DNA of 64,000 nucleotides from Lingula anatina (taxonomy: Eukaryota; Animalia; Brachiopoda): contig CM120642.1 of NCBI GenBank assembly GCA_051362555.1, forward strand, positions 5,580,001 to 5,644,000, in the 5' to 3' direction. The notes beneath the pieces were generated by a model, which was not told the DNA's origin, did not search any database, and saw only the letters and a program-made list of their open reading frames with translations. The position numbers and the translations under genes are program-made. Each line of letters begins with the position of its first letter. Within the stretch, counting starts at the first letter, position 1. Positions 1 through 9,524 of this stretch are shown here, in pieces.

Positions 1-483
1 TGAACTGTTTTTTTAATATATATATTTTGGTTCTGTCTGTGTATAAATATAAATAATATATGCATAAAAAGGAATTGTAACAAAAATTCAAGCAAATAAT
101 AATTAATTTAGAAAGCTTGCAGGATGGGCATGCTATTATTCTGACCTACGAACAGAACAGTGACTTTGCTCCACTGATTTTTTTTTTCAATTACAAACTT
201 CAGAAGATACACGTCAATATGTATAGGCCTAACGTGACGGTGCGATATATAACTTACGTGAAATGCTTTTACAGTCTACCGTGGCAAGGAAGACATTAGG
301 CCAGATAATACATGTACAATTACCTCAGTGTTTCTTCAAAAGGTCAATTTACTGTAAAAGGGGAGGATCATCATGGAGGGGGTACCGCTTCTTTTGTCTA
401 ACATATGATTGTTTACAATCACACCAAAGTTTATCTCACCGCTTAACTAGAATATTTTATGAGTAATTAAACTAGTACATCTG
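1..483 (+). repeat. Segmental direct repeat, copy 1 (matches the 3' flank of the TSP1-like gene)
   Basis: Near-identical to 62830-63309; the same 60-aa ORF appears at 117 and 62947; identity stops at ...AACTAGTACATCTG in both copies. Confidence 0.95.
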
Positions 484-1257
484 GGCCGTATTCTCAAAAC
501 ATTGTAACTTACAACAATTTGCAACTATTTACGTGAACACGGTAATCTCGAAACTCTTGTAAGTCGTGGACTTACAAGAGTAAGGGGGGGGGGGGGGGCA
601 GCTGCCCCCTGCCCCCCCCCCCCTGGGATTTGAGGTGCAAATATGGCAAAATGGCAATATGAACCCACAATTTTTGACTTCTGATTGAGCAATAAATAAC
701 AGTTAAAATGCACCAGAATGCAGTATTTTACATACAGTTTTTAAAAAATTTCCACACCCACACCCCTTCCACTCGGGTGCTTCGCCCCCTCGTGTCCGCT
801 TACTGCCCCCCCCCCCCCCCTGGCATTTTGCTCAGGCTAATGCCAATTCTTGTAACTTTTCACGCAACTTTCCGGGAGTGACGTTTGGTCCATGATTAAC
901 CCACAACGACGTATTCCACTCCCGTCCGTTGCGTCGATAAAACGCTTATTTAGACATAAAAGTCTCTAGAAATATATTGAAAATTGTTCAGAAAGACGTT
1001 TCCCTACATTTTCTTTCAGGTTTTCATCGGAAAATTCACTCATTTTAAATGAGTTTCCTCCGACACGTAAGCTCAAGAATCGGATTTGGCTCCTCTTGTG
1101 GGATTCCCTCAGCTGGGATTCCCCAAGTTTGCCGCTAGCGAAAAGCGCTTTAATTCATCAAATTTGCAATGACAACGTTCAAAGATACTTCCTAAAGAAA
1201 AAATCATATTGAACACAATAATTGAACACATTACTTTACAATTACGAAACACATAAT
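484..1257 (+). mobile_element. Non-autonomous Harbinger-type element (family A), one end only
   Basis: Starts after CTG with GGCCGTATTCTCAAAAC; homologous but diverged to the reverse complement of 22069-22456; contains a G/C-run-rich insert at ~580-845 that the other copy lacks. Confidence 0.7.
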
Positions 1258-1586
1258 CAGCCCGGGAGCCACCGGCTGATTTGACGGTTATTTAGGAGCC
1301 TCGTTTTCAAAACATGGAGCGGACGCACTAGCAGAAAGTGGCGGGAAACAGATGCATAGAGGTAGGTAAGTAGGCCAGGCCCCCGTTTCACAAAGAATCT
1401 TAAATCCATAGTCGACTAGCTCGAGCTGGATGGCCTAGCTAGGTCGACTTAGCTGAAGTCGACTAGGAGTGTTTCACAAAGAATCTAACGTCTTAGCTCG
1501 GCGTGCTTACCGTAGTCGACGCGCACGAGAAACTCTTCAAGAAAAGGAGGTGTAAAATTGCAAAAGTTTCACAAGACATGACGTTT

Positions 1587-2443
1587 CATTCGCCTTATTC
1601 ATATAGACCATAATCCTTTGCGCGCAACAGGAGTTCCGGTATTTTTTTCCCATAGCAATTCTATAGACGCGTGAATTAAATGCCGCACAGGTAAGTGAAA
1701 AATGATTATTTAATTTCAAATAAAATAGATATGAATAAAACTAATATTTCTCCTCATGATTATCACATTTTGCCATGAAATTAGTCGTTTTTTAATAATT
1801 TTTTTTTATTTAGACGATAGGCTGACTTGGAGCGCATTTGCGCACCGCAGTGTGTTAGATGTGTTGAGAGGAGATTGCGTTCGTGCTTGTCTTGTTTGAC
1901 CCATTTTTAAAGTCACGTTGGTTTGTTTTGATTTTCTGCGAGTCCGATATGAGTCGGATGTCCATTTTGTAAACCATAGCCAGGCCAAATTTACCCAACT
2001 TCCAGCAAGAGAGCCGTGAGTGAGACACTGAGAGGAATTGTGATATGTCAGGAAAGTCGTATACCCATTTATCTTTATGTTACCATATGTCAGTTGTTCC
2101 GTTATTTTTAGACCAAAATATTTACATTTGTTTGAAAGTATATTAGATATAGTAAGAGTGTCCCATTTTTAAAATAAGAAGAAAAGGGTAATTCTGGTCA
2201 GAACAATATGTCTGATAAAGGCAAATAAATTCAGCGCTTCCACTATCATGCTTGTGGGCTGATTTGATAGTTGTCGGCGCCACTAGCTTGATTTTAGTGG
2301 TACATTGTTTTGAGGCAGTGGACATTAGTCAGGACAGGTGGCAGTGAAATATCACAGGAGAGCAAGCTCAGTGGTAGAGCGTTCACCTTGTGTGGAAGGT
2401 CTTGGGTTCGATTCCCAAGCTCTCCCTTTTCCAAAGTTACCAG
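1587..2443 (+). repeat. Left long TIR of ISL2EU element
   Basis: Reverse complement of 8668-9524; coordinates sum to 11111 at both ends (no net indel); mirrored ORF translations are identical. Confidence 0.97.
2357..2426 (+). tRNA. tRNA-like gene (probably tRNA-Thr(TGT)-derived, 5-nt anticodon loop) inside left TIR
   Basis: Acceptor GGAGAGC/GCTCTCC, D arm GCTC-AGTGGTA-GAGC, anticodon arm TTCAC-CTTGT-GTGGA, T arm TTGGG-TTCGATT-CCCAA, followed by TTTT. Position 8 is A, not U. Confidence 0.75.
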
Positions 2444-3119
2444 CTACTTAAATAACTACCTTCTTGTCCTACATTTGCCCTCAAACAGTATCAAATTTTA
2501 AAATATCTTTGTATCATATAGAGTATTGTTTTTCATTTATACTTGTATATTAGTACAGAAAACATTTTGTCCATTTTATGATCATTTCCTCTCAAGGTGC
2601 CCATGGTGTACAGGATCTGTAAGTATGTTGTACTTTGAACATGTATTGCATGCATGGAGATTTCCACTCTGAAAAGCATCATTATTTATTTGAAAGTGGT
2701 TAGGATATGCTAACTTTGTCTACTAGGTAAAGGACAATTGATAGTTGAACCTTTCTTGATATGTTTACTTGAGTATAGCAGATTATATTTTCCCTGTGTG
2801 ATTTTTCCCTGTCTGATTTTATGAAATTATTCTAGTACTAGTAGTTATCCGGTATTGAATATAAGGCAGAATAAATGCAAAGAAGAAAATCATAAGGAAA
2901 GCAAGTTAATTGTTGTCATTTACCCATTATGAAAGGTCTAGGGTGAGGGTCTAGTTTTTGATCCCTAATTGTACACATGTACAAACATTGATCTCTTGTT
3001 GTTACTGTCTAAACCTCTTCCCCTGCCCTAATTAATGCTTCCTGTTACAAATAAATTGCTTTAATGTCTGTCACAACTAGTATAGAAATCTCATGTTTTT
3101 ATTTTAGTTGGTTGGGGAG

Positions 3120-4979
3120 ATGAAAACTAAAAGCAAGACCGAAGAAGATACTGTGACATTACAACCAAGATCATGCACAGAAGTATTTGCACTGAAAGCA
3201 GAGACCTTAAAAAAATTATGTTTGAAGCACCAAATTGCAGTGCACTACCCAAAAAAGGCAAGGTGCATTTTTTTGTGTGACATATTGGGACTGTCAACTA
3301 CAGGGTTCAAAACAAAGGACTCATTACTTCACCCAGGAGTAAAATTATCTGACGAACAATTCCAAGAATTTCATCAAAATGTCAGTCCCCAAAAGCTCTG
3401 TACACGAAATGACTTTTCAACGAATTTATTAAACATCCCAGATATAGATGTGTCAGACATAAAAAGATATCTTTTAAATACAGAAGTCATCACAGCAGAT
3501 TGTGCAAGAACCTACAAACTCTCTCGCCCGTATCAGTTAAAAGATTCTGTGCATTCTGTTCGTTATAGCCAATGTTCAGATTTGAAATTTTTTAGTATAA
3601 TAAGGGCCTATTGCAATGCCTCTCAATCAACAAATTCTGAGGATGTAAAGGTGGTTTTTGTTGTTATAAACAAAATCACTGCCATTCCATGTGGTGGGTT
3701 TTGTACCTGTTCTGTAGGCTATTCCTTGACATGTGGCCATATAGGGGCAACATTATTTAGGGTTGCAGACCTAGTTGCAAGCGGAGCCAAGGAGGACATA
3801 ACAGCTAGCACCTCCTTGCTGTGCGAGTGGCTGGAGCCTAAAGGGTCCTCTGCAAGTCCATCACTGCTGTCTCATCTTCCTATAAAAAAGAATGTGAGCA
3901 GCATGCAGAGGACCCCTGACGACTATGGACAGGTCATACGACAGCAAAAACCACCTTCAAAAGATGACATTTTAAAGTTGAGGGCGAGCCTTTTTAATGC
4001 CACACATCACATAGGACAATATTGTCCTGCAGTACATCTTTTGGGAGCAAATCTCCAAAATGCAAATAAAATTCCAGATTCTATTCTCTTTGATACACAC
4101 CTAGAAAATGACAATTCAATTTTATTTGACAATGAAGTTACTGTCACTTCAGTACCATTACCAATTTTTGACCATCCTCATAATTGTGATTATGATGCAG
4201 ATGCATGCATAAACGATCAAGTTGAAAATTTTGTAAAATCAATAAAATTTAGTGAAAATGAAATTCATCAGATTGAGGAATCCACAAGAGGCCAGAGAGA
4301 GAACCCTGAGTGGCACCAGCAAAGAAGGGGTGCAGTTACAGCCTCAAGGATGGGGTCCATTCTTCGCACATTTGAAAAGCAGAAACCCCCATGCAAATCG
4401 GTCATTACTGCCATCATGGGGAGAGAATGCTCTGAAGACAATATCCCTTATACTACAGTACCATCACTTAAGTGGGGGATTAGTAATGAAAAGAAGGCAA
4501 GAGATCAGTACCTTAGACAACAGAAGAAGCAACACACAAACTTGTCAATTAATGAGAAAGGCCTAGTTGTTGCTGAAGACTATCCATATATAAGAGGCAG
4601 TCCAGATGGAATAATAACATGTAGCTGCCATTCTGAGAGAGTGTTAGAAATTAAGTGTCCATATTCATGCAGGAATATGATGGTGAAAGATGCCATAAAA
4701 TGTGGTAAGATAAGGTATCTGGATGGCAATTTTATGCTAAAACCATTCTCAACAGAGGGCTATTATGAACAAGTTCAGGCATTGATGTATATTCTAAAAT
4801 TGAATAAATGTGAATTTGTAATTTGGACAAATGTTGACATGATGGTGATTGAGGTTGGGTATAATGATGAATTTTGCCAAAAAAAAATATTGCCTGGTTG
4901 TGTAAGCTTTTTTAAGCAATATATAGTGCCGAATATTTTAAGCTGGAACAAAAAGAACAAAATGCCCAAGATGTGTTAG
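3120..4979 (+). CDS. SWIM zinc finger + YqaJ/lambda-exonuclease-like protein (ISL2EU ORF2)
   Basis: FCTCSVGYSLTCGHIGA (CxC..CxH SWIM); TRGQ..W...R.G.VTAS, GSPDG, EIKCPY and YYEQVQ YqaJ motifs; splice acceptor TTTTAG ending at 3107, first ATG at 3120. Confidence 0.9.
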   Translation: MKTKSKTEEDTVTLQPRSCTEVFALKAETLKKLCLKHQIAVHYPKKARCIFLCDILGLSTTGFKTKDSLLHPGVKLSDEQFQEFHQNVSPQKLCTRNDFSTNLLNIPDIDVSDIKRYLLNTEVITADCARTYKLSRPYQLKDSVHSVRYSQCSDLKFFSIIRAYCNASQSTNSEDVKVVFVVINKITAIPCGGFCTCSVGYSLTCGHIGATLFRVADLVASGAKEDITASTSLLCEWLEPKGSSASPSLLSHLPIKKNVSSMQRTPDDYGQVIRQQKPPSKDDILKLRASLFNATHHIGQYCPAVHLLGANLQNANKIPDSILFDTHLENDNSILFDNEVTVTSVPLPIFDHPHNCDYDADACINDQVENFVKSIKFSENEIHQIEESTRGQRENPEWHQQRRGAVTASRMGSILRTFEKQKPPCKSVITAIMGRECSEDNIPYTTVPSLKWGISNEKKARDQYLRQQKKQHTNLSINEKGLVVAEDYPYIRGSPDGIITCSCHSERVLEIKCPYSCRNMMVKDAIKCGKIRYLDGNFMLKPFSTEGYYEQVQALMYILKLNKCEFVIWTNVDMMVIEVGYNDEFCQKKILPGCVSFFKQYIVPNILSWNKKNKMPKMC

Positions 4980-6443
4980 GGAATGAAAATGATTACTGAA
5001 TTGGTCAAAACCAATATTGGGAAATGATTCCGAGTGTAATTATGTGATGTATATAGAACATTACAAAATATGTGCACATATTGGTGTAGTACTTTCATAT
5101 TGAGAATGGTTGTTTATATAATTATATTAAATCATTATACCCAACCTCAAGCACCATCATGTCAACATATACATCAATGCCTAAACTTGTTCATAATGTA
5201 TTTACAAAAAGTTTGGTAACATGCATTTATATGAAGATTTGAGGAGTAATTGCAATTTCCTCCTCATTGAGTTTATTTAAGGACTTGAACAGTTCATGAT
5301 AAAATACAGTGATTTACAAAGTCAATTACAATAACAGTTTAAATGATGTAAAAATACAAATGTTGAGTACACAAACATGAAAATTTTATTCTATTCCAAT
5401 ACTATATGTATGTACTCAAATGACCAATTGGGATGTACAATAAATTACTGGCTGAAAATGGCATTTATTATCAATGTAGTAACATACCAATCCCATACCT
5501 TTATTATACAATCTTATAATATGTACATATTTCAAAAATATTAAAATTACTTGTTGAGATGTAAGTCTGCATTACATCTCTGACAGGAAATGATATTACA
5601 GTAGTCTGCAGAATTCTCCTTTGATGAATATATCACGGGACACTTTGGTCTGATTTACTTCTCCAGCAGGTAACACAACAGCAGTAATATGTTTTCCAGA
5701 GAACAACTACAAATGACTGACCAAACTCACTCCGAGCTCTGATCCCCAATCTCTCTCTGTCTCTAATATATAACTTCTTGCTAATACAAAGTTCTTCTCC
5801 TTATATACTGACACACACAAAATACATTACAGTGATTCCTAAAACAAGTCCGAGATATTGAAGCCAATTAACAGAATTAAGACATATTACTAGAGACCTT
5901 CAACATAATTTAAGTCAGACTGCTTTAAACTCCAACTTGGGGATGAAGCCATAAATAAAGTTATTCAATCCTTTTTAAACTGAAAATATCCTTTTAAACT
6001 TGGTTACAGTTTTTTTCAATGAATAACATACATTAACAGATTCATATAATATCATTATAAAAGAGGCATCTGAATGATCTTTACCAAATGTTGATTTAAT
6101 TTGATTTAAATGTGCAAGTTCCTAAAATGAAGTTTGGCCGTGAAATCACCACTATGACAAATATAAATACAGTTTCAACCTGACCACATATGTATTTGAA
6201 TAAAACTGACTGTAATCAAACTTGCCTCGCCTGGATTATTCTGCATTTTAAGCTGAAAGTGGGTTTTCTTGGAGATTTACAAATACAAAATTTTACTGAA
6301 CTTTGGTGTGCTCTTAGTCTGGACTGTAATGCTGAATAACTGGACTTGATTTCCCATGCAATAATTCATTATTGAAAAAGACAATTAATTAATCACAAAA
6401 AATGCTAACTAAAAATAAATAAACTAAATAAGAATGGAATTAT

Positions 6444-8371
6444 TTATTTCTTTATAACTGGTAACTGAAAGTTTGTCAGGTAAGCACAAACAACAAAAAT
6501 TTGCTCAAATAGGTCAAACATATTTAACTTAACAATTTGTTCTAATAAGTGAAATGTCTTAATTCTTTGTATGATCCTTTCTACGTGAATTCTTGCATGG
6601 GAAATTTTGTTTGATCTATTTGATTCGGCATTTGTGAATTGCACTCTTTCTCTTCCCTTAAAATCAGGCATTACGATCTTTACACCTTGAAATTCCAATT
6701 CATCAGATACAGTGAAACCTCTGTCAGACATCACCAAATCCCCCCTCTTGAGTCCATGCAGGAGTGGCTCAGAGTTCAGGGTAATATGCTTGTCTGAAGC
6801 TCTGCCACCCCATGCACTGGACACAAAGTTCACGGCAAGATTTGGTGATATGCCAACAAGAAATTTCACTGTATCGTGATGTTTATAATTTGAAAATGTG
6901 CTCTTTCTTGAATCAAGTGATGATGATTTTTGTAATAAAAGTTCTGTGCAGTCTAAAATAATTTTTAAATTGTCAAATGATTGAAAGCAATTAGGTTGTT
7001 CTTCTGTTGAATATTTCATTTCAAATAAGGTTTTAAGTTCATTGCTCAGAAAATTAATCCATGTTGTAAAGATTTTCGAAAAATGACCTGTGCTTATATC
7101 AAAAGTTTGAGCAATGTCTTCATTAAATTTTCCTGTCTTTAATTTAACTAAAACCATAAAAAATTCTTCTTCAAATGTAAATTTTCTAGTTGGCCCTTTT
7201 TTAGACGTCATCCCTGTTGTGTTTGTGGCCTCTCCATTCCAGTAACATAAATTATTTGAATCTGTTCTTGTTTTTAAGTAATCGCATAATGAAGAAAAAA
7301 CTAAAAAATTTGGCAAATTAGTCCAAAATTGAAATTTTCTGTCATCATCTTTTATATTTTCCAAACGAAGAAATTTTCCTTTTAAATCAGAAATTTGCTC
7401 TTTCAATTCAGTTACCTCTTTTTCCAATTGTTGAATTTTTGTTAAATTTTGTTGTTTATTTGTTGTATAATAATCATGATCTCCTGCTTCATTCAGACAA
7501 TCTAAAAGTCTGGCAACTTTTGGCCTGCCAGCAGCTTGCCTGCCAGTTGATGATCTTTTCCTGAAAATATGTTTTGGCTTTTGGTTGTAGCTCCTATTTG
7601 CAGATAAAGAGTTATTTGTTGTGCGGGGCTTTGAGGAACTATTAGGAAAAATAGTTGGTGAGTAGCTTGGATGAGTTGGGTCATCATTCTTTTTACCTGT
7701 AAATGAGTAAATATAATTATATATATCAACCAAAGTAACTGAGCGTATACTGCAATTGTAAAATCTGATTGCAGTTATTGTATAAACAATATTGTAATTT
7801 ACTATTGTAATTTTAGTTATATGATTATATAATGTATACTGTTAGGTCATAGTCATTTTAAAAAATGTACTTGAACCGCAATAAATAATAATAATAATAA
7901 TAAAATTAATTAATTGATCATCTTCCCTATCTCATGCCTAGATTGATCCATAAAAAAATTAATTAATTGATCATCTTCCCTATCTCATGCCTAGATTGAT
8001 CCATCTGGATCAGTATAACTCCCTGGGGAATCTCACTAAATTGCTATCAAATAAATTGCTTTAATGTCTGTCACACCTAGTATAGCTGATAGAGGATAAT
8101 TTTCTTTACCCCCTAGTTGATTTGGTATATTGTGTGACGGACATTTAAGCTGATTATATATACCTCCTGCAAAATGCACAGAACATATCCTTGTGGAAGT
8201 AGTAGGTGTAAAATCCTTCTCAACAGGTATGTGGCACAGCCAGTTGTGTTTGCGGCTCACATCTTTGGGGAATTGGTAAAAGCTAATTGCTTGCCCCTCC
8301 CGATTACATTTCCCACGGGAGTTTGTGCATCCAGGCACGCAGCAGTAGTCGCCCACATATGCCTTTTTCAT
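6444..8371 (-). CDS. THAP + DDE_Tnp_4 transposase, two exons (8371-8164, 7696-6444), 486 aa
   Basis: THAP CCVPGC..FP..W..RICSVHF joins across a GT-AG intron to GGKKNDDPTHPSYSPTIF; catalytic motifs ILDCTE, GGRASD, MSDRGF, RIHVERII. Confidence 0.92.
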
Positions 8372-8667
8372 TATTCTGAATGACTTTATTCCCTGTAGAA
8401 AATTATGGCAAAATGATGGTACAAAATAAAGTAGACTTTAGGGCAAGATGAGCACATTTAGTATTATAGATATATTAAGAATTAAAGATATTAAACCAAG
8501 ATATGCTAATATATAATGGATAAATTTTTTGCCATTTGCTTTGTAGCTCAGCAATGTATGCTATTTGAAAGAAGATACAATTAAATATTGTACGCAATTT
8601 AAAATAACTGTTTGAGAGCATGAATATGCAGTATTGGACAGGAATGCATGCAGTTACTGGTAGGCTA

Positions 8668-9524
8668 CTGGTAACTTTGGAAAAGGGAGAGCTTGGGAAT
8701 CGAACCCAAGACCTTCCACACAAGGTGAACGCTCTACCACTGAGCTTGCTCTCCTGTGATATTTCACTGCCACCTGTCCTGACTAATGTCCACTGCCTCA
8801 AAACAATGTACCACTAAAATCAAGCTAGTGGCGCCGACAACTATCAAATCAGCCCACAAGCATGATAGTGGAAGCGCTGAATTTATTTGCCTTTATCAGA
8901 CATATTGTTCTGACCAGAATTACCCTTTTCTTCTTATTTTAAAAATGGGACACTCTTACTATATCTAATATACTTTCAAACAAATGTAAATATTTTGGTC
9001 TAAAAATAACGGAACAACTGACATATGGTAACATAAAGATAAATGGGTATACGACTTTCCTGACATATCACAATTCCTCTCAGTGTCTCACTCACGGCTC
9101 TCTTGCTGGAAGTTGGGTAAATTTGGCCTGGCTATGGTTTACAAAATGGACATCCGACTCATATCGGACTCGCAGAAAATCAAAACAAACCAACGTGACT
9201 TTAAAAATGGGTCAAACAAGACAAGCACGAACGCAATCTCCTCTCAACACATCTAACACACTGCGGTGCGCAAATGCGCTCCAAGTCAGCCTATCGTCTA
9301 AATAAAAAAAAATTATTAAAAAACGACTAATTTCATGGCAAAATGTGATAATCATGAGGAGAAATATTAGTTTTATTCATATCTATTTTATTTGAAATTA
9401 AATAATCATTTTTCACTTACCTGTGCGGCATTTAATTCACGCGTCTATAGAATTGCTATGGGAAAAAAATACCGGAACTCCTGTTGCGCGCAAAGGATTA
9501 TGGTCTATATGAATAAGGCGAATG
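8668..9524 (-). repeat. Right long TIR of ISL2EU element
   Basis: Reverse complement of 1587-2443. Confidence 0.97.
8685..8754 (-). tRNA. tRNA-like gene inside right TIR (mirror of 2357-2426)
   Basis: Reverse-complement copy of the cloverleaf with the same TTTT terminator. Confidence 0.75.

Larger units (their letters stand above)
1587..9524. mobile_element. ISL2EU (PHIS / PIF-Harbinger-related) autonomous DNA transposon
   Basis: 857-bp TIRs enclose convergent THAP+DDE_Tnp_4 transposase and SWIM+YqaJ exonuclease genes, the gene pair characteristic of ISL2EU. Exact termini and TSD not resolved. Confidence 0.88.

Noticed and set aside
117-466. Short ORFs repeated at 62947
   Set aside because: Identity reflects the DNA duplication; the start codon is not conserved (TTG vs ATG) and no domain is recognisable.
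1806-9305. Duplicated 60-aa ORFs (1806/9123, 2143/8786, 2310/8475) as genes
   Set aside because: They are mirror translations of the TIRs, one running through the tRNA-like sequence, with no protein motifs.
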